DNA of 64,000 nucleotides from Alphaproteobacteria bacterium (GTDB lineage: Bacteria > Pseudomonadota > Alphaproteobacteria > UBA9219 > RFNS01), in assembly GCA_016124955.1 (NCBI GenBank), contig WGMR01000004.1, forward strand, positions 57,491 through 121,490, given 5' to 3'. Numbering within the stretch: position 1 is the stretch's first letter; each line of letters begins with the position of its first letter. The position numbers and the translations under genes are program-made. The notes under the pieces were generated by a model. The model was not told the DNA's origin. It saw only the letters and a list, made by a program, of their open reading frames with translations, and did no database searches. Of this stretch, positions 30,383-40,598 are shown piece by piece.

Positions 30383-30681
30383 GGCATGGCCGCACAAACG
30401 CACCATAGCCTCGACCCCCTTTCCATACCGCATCGCGTTTATGCCAACGCGGCCACGTATGGCCGCAGGACGCGACGGGAGGGCCAGATGCCGGGTTCAC
30501 GAGCAGGGGGTTTTGTTTGTTGGTTATGCCCCCGTCAGGGAACTCTTTTTCCTGTTGGCCGCAAGGCCTGCGGCAACGGGGCATCCTGCCCTTAACGCCA
30601 TTATACGGCCGTTAGGGCTAATAAAGTGTTACGGAAGTTACGCCGGATTAAGACTTGTCGTGCACTACAGCAAAACCCGGT

Positions 30682-32034
30682 TTACTGGTTCATGCTGTCG
30701 AAGAAGTCGTTGTTTGTCTTCGATGTCCGTAGCTTTTCGAGCAGGAATTCCACCGCGTCGGTCACGCCCATGGGCAACAGAATGCGGCGCAACACCCACA
30801 TCTTGGTCATGGTGGGCTTATCGACCAGAAGCTCTTCCTTGCGCGTGCCCGATTTGGTGATATCGATCGCGGGGAAGCTGCGGCGATCGGAAAGCTTGCG
30901 ATCGAGGATGATTTCGGAATTGCCGGTGCCCTTGAATTCTTCAAAGATCACTTCGTCCATGCGGCTGCCGGTATCGATCAGCGCGGTGGCGATGATGGTC
31001 AGCGAGCCGCCTTCCTCGATATTGCGCGCGGCGCCGAAGAAGCGCTTGGGGCGCTGCAACGCATTGGCGTCCACGCCGCCGGTCAGAACCTTGCCCGAAG
31101 ACGGCACAACGGTGTTGTAGGCGCGTGCAAGGCGCGTGATGCTGTCGAGCAAGATCACGACGTCGCGCTTGTGCTCCACAAGCCGCTTGGCCTTCTCGAT
31201 CACCATTTCGGCGACCTGCACGTGGCGCGAGGCCGGTTCGTCGAAGGTCGAGGAAATCACCTCGCCCTTCACCGAGCGCGCCATGTCCGTGACTTCTTCC
31301 GGCCGTTCGTCGATCAAAAGCACGATCAGATAGACTTCCGGATGGTTCTGCGCGATCGAATGCGCGATGTTCTGCAGCATCACGGTCTTGCCGGTGCGCG
31401 GCGGCGCGACCACGAGCGCGCGCTGGCCTTTGCCGACGGGGCAGATCAGGTCGATGATGCGGGCGGTGAAATCCTTGCGCTCGGTTTTGGTGATCTTGGT
31501 GGCGCGCACCTTGCCGGGCTTGCCGTCGGCGCCGGCCTTTTCGATCTTGATTTCCTTCGGTGCCGGCAGGGTTTCGGCCTCGACCTCGATTTCGAGCTTC
31601 AACCGCTCATCGGGATACAGCGGCGTCAGGTTGTCGAAATTGATGCGGTGACGGACCTTGTCCGGCTCGTCGAAATTGACCTTGTTGACCTTGAGCAGGG
31701 CGAAATAGCGTTCGCCTTCCTTCGGCGAGCGGATCTCGCCTTCAACCGTGTCGCCGGTGCGCAAACCGAATTTGCGGACCTGGCTTGGGGAAACATAGAT
31801 GTCGTCCGGCCCGGGCAAATAGTTACTTTCGGGCGAGCGCAGGAAGCCGAAGCCGTCCTGCAAAACTTCAAGCACGCCTTCGCCGCTGATGGTCTGGTCC
31901 TGTTCGGCCAGTGCCTTCAGGATCGCGAACATCATATCCTGCTTGCGCAGCGTGCCCGCGTTTTCGATTTTCAGTTCTTCGGCCTGCTGCAAAAGCTCGG
32001 CCGGCGTCTTGGCTTTCAATTCGCGTAAATTCAT
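30682..32034 (-). CDS. rho: transcription termination factor Rho
   Basis: N-terminal RNA-binding domain, Walker A (GKT), Q-loop and R-loop. A long leader of about 300 nt lies upstream. Confidence 0.95.
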   Translation of the reverse strand: MNLRELKAKTPAELLQQAEELKIENAGTLRKQDMMFAILKALAEQDQTISGEGVLEVLQDGFGFLRSPESNYLPGPDDIYVSPSQVRKFGLRTGDTVEGEIRSPKEGERYFALLKVNKVNFDEPDKVRHRINFDNLTPLYPDERLKLEIEVEAETLPAPKEIKIEKAGADGKPGKVRATKITKTERKDFTARIIDLICPVGKGQRALVVAPPRTGKTVMLQNIAHSIAQNHPEVYLIVLLIDERPEEVTDMARSVKGEVISSTFDEPASRHVQVAEMVIEKAKRLVEHKRDVVILLDSITRLARAYNTVVPSSGKVLTGGVDANALQRPKRFFGAARNIEEGGSLTIIATALIDTGSRMDEVIFEEFKGTGNSEIILDRKLSDRRSFPAIDITKSGTRKEELLVDKPTMTKMWVLRRILLPMGVTDAVEFLLEKLRTSKTNNDFFDSMNQ

Positions 32035-32334
32035 TTTGTATTCTGGTCCTGTGTGATTGGTTTTTTCGGGTCCGTTTGGGGTAATCCAAGATGGTTTGCT
32101 GCGCAGGAATACGGGCTTATGGCCGGGATAAAGCGCAGGGTTCAGGGGAAGGTCCGGCCGGGCCGATGCTTAAACGCTGATGCTAATTGTTAATATTTAT
32201 GCATCTTACCGCGGCGGGATTAAAGATGTGTTACCCGAACCGGCCGGGCCTGTCAAAGAAAATTTGCAGGAAATACGGCATATAGCGGGCCCCGCTTCTT
32301 CCGCGGCCCCGGCGGCGCGGCGGGCAAGGCCGGT

Positions 32335-33165
32335 TCAAACCAAATCTTTCGTTAAAACCTTTTCCTTGGCGGCACGCGGGCCTATCACCCTGGCGCGCAG
32401 CCCCGCCAGATATTCGGGCATGAAATGTATGTCGGCGAGCAAATCGGCCGCCGCCTTGTACAGCTTCGCCTGCAGCGCAAAGCCCGCCTCGCGCGCCATG
32501 CTCTCCGCGCCCGCCACCGTTAAGTAAAGCAGCGCCACCTGCGCGGCCGCATGCGCCTCTTCGGGCGTCATGTTCAGGCGCGCGCCTGCAGCAGCAACCG
32601 TGACGGCACCCGCGCCTTCAAAGCAGCGGCGCAGCGCGCGGGCGCGGCGCGCATTGATCAGCGGTCTGCGTTTTTGCGGCATCACATGTTCGCCGCGCGC
32701 GCGTTGCAGCCGCTTGCGGCGCGCCGTAATCAGCTTCTGGCCTTCACAAACAAGCACCGCAACATCAGCCCCGGCATGGACCGGATCCGCCCGCATTGCC
32801 CGCGCGGCAATATGCTTGTCGCCCGAAACGGTCGGCCGCATGGTGACCGCCATCATTGCCGCGCCCGTAAGCGCCGATCTGACCGGGCCCGTTGCCGTCG
32901 CTTTCGTGCGTCTGCGTCTGCGTTTTCTGGGGCGCGTACCGGCCTGATCGCGCAACACCGCAGCCGTATTCCCGAGCTGCAGATAGGCGGCCAGCATCAG
33001 CCCTGCGGCGGCATGGTCGCCGTTGCAGGTCGCGAGCACGGCAATGGTGCCGGCAAGCGTGCGTATAGTTTGTTTGCTTTCGCGGCGCGCGGCCAGCTCG
33101 GCCGCCGCTTCGCCCGCAAGGGCGGCGGCGCGTATCTTTCCTAAATTCATAATAAAATACCGCAA
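32335..33165 (-). CDS. hypothetical protein (Ala/Arg-rich)
   Basis: Longest ORF in the region; the opposite-strand ORFs look like Arg-rich read-through. No family recognised. Confidence 0.3.
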   Translation of the reverse strand: MRYFIMNLGKIRAAALAGEAAAELAARRESKQTIRTLAGTIAVLATCNGDHAAAGLMLAAYLQLGNTAAVLRDQAGTRPRKRRRRRTKATATGPVRSALTGAAMMAVTMRPTVSGDKHIAARAMRADPVHAGADVAVLVCEGQKLITARRKRLQRARGEHVMPQKRRPLINARRARALRRCFEGAGAVTVAAAGARLNMTPEEAHAAAQVALLYLTVAGAESMAREAGFALQAKLYKAAADLLADIHFMPEYLAGLRARVIGPRAAKEKVLTKDLV

Positions 33166-33267
33166 TTACTATAATTTATGCGCGCGGAGATTTAGCGCAT
33201 GCGCGGAAAAAATGGAAGGATTAGCTCGTCCTGAACCGTCATCACCACGTTAACCATGACGGACAAA

Positions 33268-33555
33268 TCAGGCGCCGGGGCGTAGATGCATAACTTTGGA
33301 AACAAGGCCTTGAGCGACGGGGCGCGCCATTTCCGTAAAGCCAGTAATGCCCATAAGCCACGACATACCCCAACCAAGAAGGCCACCGAAGGCAGCGCCG
33401 ACGAGCACTGTACCAATATTACGCTGGCCATATTCGTCCCGCATGGCAAGCGCGCCAATCAGGGCACCGGCGATGATGCTGCCGCCCGGCATGCAAAGCT
33501 CTGCCGCTGCCATAACGAGTAAACCGGGGATGCCAATACCGCCGCTGACCTGCAT
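33268..33555 (-). CDS. GlsB/YeaQ/YmgE-family (transglycosylase-associated) membrane protein
   Basis: Gly-rich TM repeats (GALIGALA...VLVGAAFGGLLGW); GGAGA RBS. Confidence 0.55.
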   Translation of the reverse strand: MQVSGGIGIPGLLVMAAAELCMPGGSIIAGALIGALAMRDEYGQRNIGTVLVGAAFGGLLGWGMSWLMGITGFTEMARPVAQGLVSKVMHLRPGA

Positions 33556-33666
33556 AATAATCTCCGTATATGATTTCGTTTAAATTGCTGTAGCCAGAAA
33601 CTAAGCGAAAACCGTGAAACCAAATAATGGAATTTATTTGCGGTTAACCATGATTTCCGGAAAACC

Positions 33667-34095
33667 CTAGAACGGCTTGATCACCGCCAGCAACACGATC
33701 CCGATCAGCAAAAGCGTCGGCACTTCGTTAACCATGCGATAGAATTTTGCCGGGCGGGTATTGCGGTCGTGTTCGAAATCGCGGCGCCAGCGCGCGAACA
33801 GCGCGTGGGTCACCTGCATGCCGGCCAGCAGCGCCAGTTTGGCGTGCAGCCAGCCTTGTTCCAGCAAAGCGGGGTTGAGAAGGATCATCCAGACGCCGAA
33901 CAGCCACGCGGCGATCATGGCGGGGTTGATGATGATGCGCAGCAGCCTGCGTTCCATTACTTTGAAAGTTTCCGATTTGTCGGAGCCCTTTGCCGCATCC
34001 GCGTGATAGACATAAAGCCGGGGCAGGTAAAGCATCCCCGCCATCCATGCGATCACGCTGATAATATGCAGCGCCTTGATCACGTCATGCGTCAT
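33667..34095 (-). CDS. hemJ: protoporphyrinogen IX oxidase HemJ
   Basis: MTHDVIKALHIISVIAWMAGMLYLPRLYVYHA... 4-TM HemJ/UPF0093 signature. Confidence 0.8.
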   Translation of the reverse strand: MTHDVIKALHIISVIAWMAGMLYLPRLYVYHADAAKGSDKSETFKVMERRLLRIIINPAMIAAWLFGVWMILLNPALLEQGWLHAKLALLAGMQVTHALFARWRRDFEHDRNTRPAKFYRMVNEVPTLLLIGIVLLAVIKPF

Positions 34096-34105
34096 TCCAA
34101 GCCCC

Positions 34106-35083
34106 TTAATCCGACCAAGGCGCGGGTTTGCGGTTCCAGCGGTGGCCGCGCAATTCCTGCATCAGATCGTCGCCAAGCCGTTTGCCGTCACCCGCCGCAA
34201 GGTTCATGCGCACGTGATCGGGCTTGCGCATGCCCACAATCACGGTCGAAACCGCTTCGTGCTGCGCGGCAAAACGCATCGCCATTTCCGGCAGCGTCAT
34301 GCCGTGCGGCACGATTTTTTTCAGCGCGTCCACCCGGTCCAAGGTGGCGGCAAGGTTTTCCGGGTTGAAATAGCGTGCGCGCCAGTCGTCCTTGGGAAAG
34401 CGGGTTTCGCGCGTCATCGCGCCGCCAAGGCTGCCTTCATCCAGCGGCACGCGCGCAATCACGCCGATATTATGCTTCAGGCAGGCGGGGAACAGCTCGT
34501 CCTCCGGCGCCTGGTCGAAAATGTTATAGATCACCTGCACGCTGTCGATATGGCCGGTCTCGATCGCCTCGATGCCGTTGCCCGGCTCCCAGCGGTTGAG
34601 ACTGATGCCGAAATGGCGCGTGATGCCTTCCGCCTTCACCTTCTCCGCGATGCGTCCAAGATCATCGCCATGATCGCGCACCCAATCGTCTTCCCACACA
34701 TGCAATTGCAAAAGATCGAGCGGACGGCCGACAAGATCGCGCGTTTTGGTGCCGAAGCTCAGCACATGGTGCAACGGGAAGGCTTCTTCGAATGCGCAGC
34801 CCCAGGGCGGCGGCCATTTCCAGTTCTTGGGCGGCACCTTGCTGGCGGCCACGATGGTTTTGCGCGGGTTGGTTTTGATAAATTTCCCGAGCAGGCCGTC
34901 GGATTTTCCCATGCCGTAGGCGAAGGCGCTGTCGAAGAAATTGCACCCGCCATCCAGCGCGGATTGCATCGCCGCGAAGGATTGCGCGTCGTCCGAACCG
35001 GTCCAGCCGCCCATCCCCCACAAACCGTGGCCGATAACGCCGACATCGATCCCGGTACGGCCGAGCTTGCGTTTCTTCATCAT
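34106..35083 (-). CDS. aldo/keto reductase
   Basis: ...LGRTGIDVGVIGHGLWGMGG...DSAFAYG... AKR motifs. Its ATG overlaps the hemH stop (ATGA). Confidence 0.8.
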   Translation of the reverse strand: MMKKRKLGRTGIDVGVIGHGLWGMGGWTGSDDAQSFAAMQSALDGGCNFFDSAFAYGMGKSDGLLGKFIKTNPRKTIVAASKVPPKNWKWPPPWGCAFEEAFPLHHVLSFGTKTRDLVGRPLDLLQLHVWEDDWVRDHGDDLGRIAEKVKAEGITRHFGISLNRWEPGNGIEAIETGHIDSVQVIYNIFDQAPEDELFPACLKHNIGVIARVPLDEGSLGGAMTRETRFPKDDWRARYFNPENLAATLDRVDALKKIVPHGMTLPEMAMRFAAQHEAVSTVIVGMRKPDHVRMNLAAGDGKRLGDDLMQELRGHRWNRKPAPWSD

Positions 35084-36168
35084 GCCGCCTTTCGCCATTC
35101 CTGTGCGCGGGGCGCGGGGCAGCCGCCGAATTCCGCGCCGCAGATGCGCACGCCCCCTTCGGGACACGGCGCGGTTTGTGCCGCGCGGCCGAGAACGCTG
35201 CGCACGAGCCCCGCAAGCCCGCCGATAAATTGCGCGTTGACGCCGGCCGCAGGCACGCGCGCATAGGCGGGCACGCCGCAAGCATCCGCCAGCTTCCGGT
35301 AATCGCGATCAAGCTCGACCAGCGTTTCGACATGTTCCGACACGAACGCAATCGGCGCGATAACGAGCGGGACGCGCTGCGCGCCCGCGCGGCGCACCTC
35401 GTTGTCCGTATAAGGCCCGATCCAGGCAAGCGGCCCGACCCGGCTTTGATAGCAGTTCACCCAATCGAGCCCGGGGATATCCAGCGCATCCACAATCTCG
35501 CGCGCCGTCTGTTCGCATTGCAGCTGGTATGGATCGCCCGCCGCGATCACTTTTTGCGGCAAGCCATGGGCCGAAAACAGCACGCGCGGCGCCGGGCTTG
35601 CTTCGCCCGCCTGCGCACGCACCTGTTCGTAGGATACGCGCACCGCCTGCGCCATAGCGGCGACAAACCCTTCCATCGCAGGATAACAGCAAACCGCGCG
35701 TGCCGTGTCCGCAAGCTCCGCCGCGCGCGCGGCGCGCGCCCAGGCGCGCAGGCTGGAAGCCGAGGTGGTCGTGGAATATTGCGGATAGAGCGGCAGCAAA
35801 ACCGTTTTGTCGGGCGCGAAATCCTTCACCTCCATCGCGGTTTCGTCCGCCATCGGATGCCAATAGCGCATGGATACAAAGCATTTCACCGTGTCGCCGC
35901 GCAAATCCTGCGCCAGCCTTGCTTCCAGTGCCGCCGCTTGCGCTTTTGTGTTGGCAAGCAGGGGCGAGCCGCCGCCAAGAATTCCGTAATTCTTTTGCGC
36001 CCACGGGGTGCGGCGGCGCGCGATCAGGTAAGCGAGCGGCGTACGCACGATACCGGGAAGGCGAATAATCGCCGGGTCGTTGAAAAGATTGAACAGGAAC
36101 GGGCGGACGCTTTCCGCGCGGTCGGGGCCGCCAAGATTGAAAAGTACGACAGCGATGCGTTCGGGCAT
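35080..36168 (-). CDS. hemH: ferrochelatase
   Basis: MPERIAVVLFNLGGPD... plus conserved histidine/glutamate regions. C-terminal Cys-rich tail (C-x7-C-x6-C) as in [2Fe-2S]-containing ferrochelatases. Confidence 0.9.
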   Translation of the reverse strand: MPERIAVVLFNLGGPDRAESVRPFLFNLFNDPAIIRLPGIVRTPLAYLIARRRTPWAQKNYGILGGGSPLLANTKAQAAALEARLAQDLRGDTVKCFVSMRYWHPMADETAMEVKDFAPDKTVLLPLYPQYSTTTSASSLRAWARAARAAELADTARAVCCYPAMEGFVAAMAQAVRVSYEQVRAQAGEASPAPRVLFSAHGLPQKVIAAGDPYQLQCEQTAREIVDALDIPGLDWVNCYQSRVGPLAWIGPYTDNEVRRAGAQRVPLVIAPIAFVSEHVETLVELDRDYRKLADACGVPAYARVPAAGVNAQFIGGLAGLVRSVLGRAAQTAPCPEGGVRICGAEFGGCPAPRAQEWRKAA

Positions 36169-36172
36169 AGGG

Positions 36173-37216
36173 TCAGGCTTTCCAGTTGCGCACCAGATCC
36201 ACAAGCTGCGCGACATGGTCCGGCGGCGTTGCGGGAAGGATACCGTGACCAAGATTAAAGATAAACGGGCCCCCTGCAAGGGCTTCCATAATGGAGGCAA
36301 CCTCGCGTACCAGCTTGCCCCCGCCCTCGAGCAATATTTCGGGCCGTAAATTGCCCTGTACCGGCCTGTCTTGCTGCAATTTGCGCGCGGCGGCCAGCGA
36401 TACGTCGCTATCTATGCCGATGGCGTCCGCGCCGCTGGCCGCGGCATAGCGGCCATAAAGCCCGCGCGCCCCGCGCGGGAAGCCGATTACGGGTATTTCC
36501 GGGTAATGCCGCTTGATCTCGGCGGTTATCTTTGCCGCCGGTCCGGTCACAAAACGGGTAAAAAGCGCCTCGTCGTGCGCCAGTAATCCGGCCCAGCTGT
36601 CGAATATCTGTAAAACCCCGGCGCCGGCGCTGATTTGCGCTATAAGATATTGCGCGCTTGCTTTGCAAAGCTGGTCTGAAAGCGCTGTCAGAAGATCCGG
36701 CTTTTCCTGCGCCCATTGCAGCGCACGGGCAAAGCCGCCGTTCTTGCCGCTTTTTCCGTCAATCATGTAGCAGGCTACCGTCCAGGGTGCGCCGCAAAAC
36801 CCTATCAGCGATGTTTTGTTGCCAAGTGCGGCGCGGACGGTTTTTATAGCCGCGCAGGTCGGCGCCGTTCCGGCTTCATCGTAAACAAGGTTCCACGCAC
36901 CGCTATCCTCGGGCAACGGGTCCAGACGCGGCCCTTCGCCTTCGGCAAAATCCAGTCTGCGGCCAAGGGCATGGGGAATAAGCAATATATCGGAAAATAT
37001 GATCGCGGCATCCAATCCGAAGCGCTTTACCGGCTGCAAGGTAACTTCGCTTGCCAGTTGCGGGTTTCCGCAAAGTTTCATGAAGCTCCCGGCCTGTTCC
37101 CGGACCGCACGATATTCGGGCAAATAACGTCCCGCCTGCCGCATCAGCCAGATCGGCGGCGGAGATGTGGCTTTGCCATTAAAAGTTTGTTCGAGCGTAC
37201 GCATTGAATTATCCAT
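36173..37216 (-). CDS. hemE: uroporphyrinogen decarboxylase
   Basis: ...PPIWLMRQAGRYLPEYR... HemE N-terminal signature. Confidence 0.9.
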   Translation of the reverse strand: MDNSMRTLEQTFNGKATSPPPIWLMRQAGRYLPEYRAVREQAGSFMKLCGNPQLASEVTLQPVKRFGLDAAIIFSDILLIPHALGRRLDFAEGEGPRLDPLPEDSGAWNLVYDEAGTAPTCAAIKTVRAALGNKTSLIGFCGAPWTVACYMIDGKSGKNGGFARALQWAQEKPDLLTALSDQLCKASAQYLIAQISAGAGVLQIFDSWAGLLAHDEALFTRFVTGPAAKITAEIKRHYPEIPVIGFPRGARGLYGRYAAASGADAIGIDSDVSLAAARKLQQDRPVQGNLRPEILLEGGGKLVREVASIMEALAGGPFIFNLGHGILPATPPDHVAQLVDLVRNWKA

Positions 37217-37606
37217 AGACGCGTTCTTCTATAATAAGAATATATAATAGATAGGAGTTGTAGGTTGGTCCTGTTGAAAATGGGTATGGAATGGCTTTTT
37301 AAGGGTTATGCGCTAAGTTATACGCAGGCTTTTTTTATAAGGCTTCAATATCCCTGTGGATCGAAACTGTGTAGCCATGTGTGCAAGTCCGCATATTGGC
37401 GCTAACCGAGGTTTGTGATTTTTGGGGGTAAACAAGGCCCTTGTTTTATCCCGGTTATACACAAGCGTGTTTGACATAACGGCTATCCTGTTGGGTAAAA
37501 GCGTGACAGTTTGTGCATGACAGGGATGATTTTCATGGGCCTGTGAAAAACCCGTTCTTGTCACCGTAATCCACAGGCACAGCGCAGGAAGGACAGAATA
37601 CCGGCA
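37205..37606. other. oriC: candidate chromosomal replication origin (Cori-type, between hemE and DUF299 gene)
   Basis: Roughly 390 bp non-coding, visibly AT-richer than its surroundings. DnaA-box-like 9-mers: TTATCCATA (37209-37217), GATCCACAG on the bottom strand (37354-37362), TTATACACA (37455-37463), TAATCCACA (37567-37575), and weak TTATCCCGG (37445-37453). AT tracts at 37224-37256. The location matches the conserved hemE|RP001(DUF299) origin site of Caulobacter and Rickettsia. Confidence 0.55.
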
Positions 37607-38452
37607 ATGGAAAGCAAGGAATTCCATATCCATCTTGTTTCCGACGCGACGGGTGAAACCATCAACACCATTGCCCGCGCCTGCCTCGTGCAATTTGAAG
37701 GCATTGAAGCGAGCCAATATTTCTGGAGCCTGATCCGCACTCCGCGTCAGCTCGATATGGCGATCGATGGTATCCGCGCCCGTCCGGGGCTTGTCATGTA
37801 CACCTTCGTTGACGAAGAATTGCGCCTGAAACTTGAGGATTTCTGCAAAAAGGAAAGCATACGCAGCATTTCGGTGCTCGATCCCGTGATGGATGCGATG
37901 CGCGACCATTTCGGCGTCAAGGCCGCGCACAATCCGGGCAAGCAGCATGTGCTGGATACCGATTACTTCGACCGGATCGAAGCGATGGATTTCGCGCTCG
38001 CGCTCGATGACGGCAACGGGTCGCGCAATCTCGAAAAGGCCGATGTCATTATCCTCGGGGTTTCGCGCACCTCGAAAACCCCGACCTGCGTTTATCTGGC
38101 CAATCGCGGCATCAAGGCCGCCAATATTCCGGTCGTCCCCGGCGTGGCGCTGCCCGAAAACCTTACGGAACTGTGCAAGGGCAGGCTGGTCGTCGGTCTC
38201 ACCAAGGATCCGGAAAGCCTGGTGGAGATCCGCCGCCACAGGCTTAAGTGGCTCAACCAGCATCAGGAAACCGATTACGTCGATCCGGACAAGGTAAAAG
38301 AAGAGGTACAGGAGGCGCGCCGCCTGTTCGCGCGTTTGGGGCTGCCGGTGATCGATGTTTCGCGCCGCTCCATTGAAGAAACCGCGGCCGAGGTTATGAT
38401 GCTATTGCAGAAACGCCGCATTGCGGCGGATAGCGGACGGGAAGGGCAATAA
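37607..38452 (+). CDS. DUF299 kinase/pyrophosphorylase (pyruvate,phosphate dikinase / PEP synthase regulatory protein-like)
   Basis: MESKEFHIHLVSDATGET...GVSRTSKTPT... hallmark of the PDRP/PSRP family. Confidence 0.85.
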   Translation: MESKEFHIHLVSDATGETINTIARACLVQFEGIEASQYFWSLIRTPRQLDMAIDGIRARPGLVMYTFVDEELRLKLEDFCKKESIRSISVLDPVMDAMRDHFGVKAAHNPGKQHVLDTDYFDRIEAMDFALALDDGNGSRNLEKADVIILGVSRTSKTPTCVYLANRGIKAANIPVVPGVALPENLTELCKGRLVVGLTKDPESLVEIRRHRLKWLNQHQETDYVDPDKVKEEVQEARRLFARLGLPVIDVSRRSIEETAAEVMMLLQKRRIAADSGREGQ

Positions 38453-39297
38453 TGGCGGTGACGGGCAAAACAAAGCTGGCGGGGGTGATGGGCTGGCCCA
38501 TCGCCCATACGCGCAGCCCCGCGCTGCATAATTTCTGGCTGGCGCATCACGGCATCGATGGCGTCTATGTTCCGCTTGCGGTGCAGCCCGAACGGCTGAT
38601 CCAGGCGTTGCGTTCACTGCCCGCGCTCGGCTTCCGCGGCGTCAACATCACCGTGCCGCACAAGGAGCTGGCGGCCAAGATCGTCGATGAGCTTGATATG
38701 TTCGGCGAGCGTATCGGCGCCATCAACACCGTGGTGGTGCGTGAAAACGGCACGCTGATGGGCATGAATACCGACACTTACGGCTTTGCCGAGCATTTGC
38801 GGGTTTCCGGCTACGATTTCAAGGCGGGCCCGGTCGCGCTTGTCGGGGCCGGCGGCGGCGCGCGCGCGATCGTGGCGGCCTTGATCGCGATGGAATGCCC
38901 GCGCGTGCTGGTGATCAACCGCACCTATGACCGCGCACAGGCGATTGCGGAATCGCTCCGCAACCAGCAAACCGATATCAAGGTTGTGAAATGGGAACAC
39001 AGGCACGAAGCGATCAGCGAGGCGCGGCTGCTCGTCAACGCAACCACGCAAGGCCTTTCGGGTACCGCGCCGCTCGATCTCAAGCTCGATAACCTCGCCG
39101 AAGGCGCGTGGGTGATGGATTGCGTCTATAACCCGCTGGTCACGCCTTTGTTGCAGGATGCCGCCGCGCGCGGCCACCGCACGATCGACGGGCTCGGCAT
39201 GCTGCTCTATCAGGCGGTGCCGGGCTTCGAAGCGTGGTTCGGCGTGGAACCGCAGGTGACGGACGAAGTGCGCCGCATCGCCGGCGCCGGGCTTTAG
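38452..39297 (+). CDS. aroE: shikimate dehydrogenase
   Basis: ...GVMGWPIAHTRSP...GVNITVPHK...GAGGGARAI...; 1-nt overlap with the preceding stop (TAATG). Confidence 0.9.
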   Translation: MAVTGKTKLAGVMGWPIAHTRSPALHNFWLAHHGIDGVYVPLAVQPERLIQALRSLPALGFRGVNITVPHKELAAKIVDELDMFGERIGAINTVVVRENGTLMGMNTDTYGFAEHLRVSGYDFKAGPVALVGAGGGARAIVAALIAMECPRVLVINRTYDRAQAIAESLRNQQTDIKVVKWEHRHEAISEARLLVNATTQGLSGTAPLDLKLDNLAEGAWVMDCVYNPLVTPLLQDAAARGHRTIDGLGMLLYQAVPGFEAWFGVEPQVTDEVRRIAGAGL

Positions 39298-39302
39298 CTT
39301 AC

Positions 39303-39908
39303 ATGAAACCCGCGATCATCGGCCTTACAGGTTCGGTCGGCATGGGTAAAAGCACGGCGGCCGCCATGCTGGCCGCCATGGGCTGCGCCGTTCACAATGC
39401 CGATGCCGCTGTGGCGCGCGCGCTTTCCAACCCGCGCGGCGCGGCCGCGCGCAAGATCGCGCGCCTGTTTCCCGCTGCTTTCAGGCGCGGCAAAATAGAC
39501 CGCGAAAAACTGCGCGCCTGCGTGCTCGGTAACGCTGCCGCGCTGCGCAGGCTGGAACGCATCCTGCATCCGCCTGTGCGTGCGGCCGAGCGTACGGCGC
39601 GCACGCAGGCGCGCGCGCAGCGCAAGCCCGCGCTCGTGCTCGATATTCCGCTTTTGTTTGAAACGAAGGGCGAGGCGCGCTGCGATGCCGTCATCGTCGT
39701 GACCGCAAGCGCGGCGGTGCAAAAAAAGCGCGTTCTCGCGCGCCCGGGCATGGATGCGGCGCGGCTTCGCTTCATTCGCGCACGCCAGATGCCGGATGCC
39801 GAAAAACGCCGCCGCGCCGATTTCGTCGTGCGCAGCGATCGCGGGCGCGCCGCCATGCGCAAGCAACTGAAACAGGCTTTGCAAAAAATTCTTGAAGGGC
39901 ATAAGTAA
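39303..39908 (+). CDS. coaE: dephospho-CoA kinase
   Basis: IIGLTGSVGMGKST P-loop and lid region. Confidence 0.85.
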   Translation: MKPAIIGLTGSVGMGKSTAAAMLAAMGCAVHNADAAVARALSNPRGAAARKIARLFPAAFRRGKIDREKLRACVLGNAAALRRLERILHPPVRAAERTARTQARAQRKPALVLDIPLLFETKGEARCDAVIVVTASAAVQKKRVLARPGMDAARLRFIRARQMPDAEKRRRADFVVRSDRGRAAMRKQLKQALQKILEGHK

Positions 39909-39914
39909 GAAGCC

Positions 39915-40598
39915 ATGCGCGAAATCGTCCTTGATACCGAAACAACCGGCCTGAGCGCCGCCGACGGCCATCGCGTGGTTGAAATCGGCTGCCTTGAGCT
40001 GGTCAACTACGTCGCCACCGGCAAAAGCTTCCATGTTTATATCAACCCGGAGCGCGACATGCCGGCCGAAGCGGCGGCGGTGCATGGCCTGACCGATACA
40101 TTTTTGGCAGATAAGCCGGTGTTTTCCGCGGTGGCGGGCGGTTTTCTTGAATTTGTCGCAAGCGACCCGCTTGTGATCCACAATGCCGCTTTCGATATGG
40201 GTTTCCTGAACGCCGAGCTGGCACTTGCCGGTTTTCCCGCGCTAGAGTCCGGGCGCGCGATCGATACGGTGGGCATGGCGCGGCGCAAATATCCGGGCCA
40301 GCGCGCCTCGCTTGACGCGCTGTGCGACCGCTTCGGCATCGATCGCACCGGGCGCACGCTGCACGGCGCGCTGCTCGATGCGCAATTGCTGGCCGAGGTT
40401 TATCTTGAATTGCGCGGCGGACGGCAACCGGGCCTGGCTGCGCTTTCGTCTGCAAGCGACGAGGCGGTTGAAGAATCCGTGGTCGCGGTACAGCGCGCTT
40501 TTCGCAAACCGCGCAGCCATGTGCCGGGCAAGGATGAGCTTGCGGCGCACGAGGAGTTTCTGAAGAAAATTTCCTCGCCGCTCTGGAAGCAAGGCTAA
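39915..40598 (+). CDS. dnaQ: DNA polymerase III subunit epsilon (3'-5' exonuclease)
   Basis: MREIVLDTETTGL (Exo I), HNAAFDMGFL (Exo II), LHGALLDAQLLAEVY (Exo III). Confidence 0.9.
   Translation: MREIVLDTETTGLSAADGHRVVEIGCLELVNYVATGKSFHVYINPERDMPAEAAAVHGLTDTFLADKPVFSAVAGGFLEFVASDPLVIHNAAFDMGFLNAELALAGFPALESGRAIDTVGMARRKYPGQRASLDALCDRFGIDRTGRTLHGALLDAQLLAEVYLELRGGRQPGLAALSSASDEAVEESVVAVQRAFRKPRSHVPGKDELAAHEEFLKKISSPLWKQG

Noticed and set aside
37290-37320. CtrA-type TTAA-N7-TTAA site in the putative origin
   Set aside because: The nearest candidate (TTAAgggttatgcgcTAAG) has the wrong spacing and a degenerate second half-site, so no convincing CtrA box is visible. The origin call rests on DnaA boxes and synteny instead.
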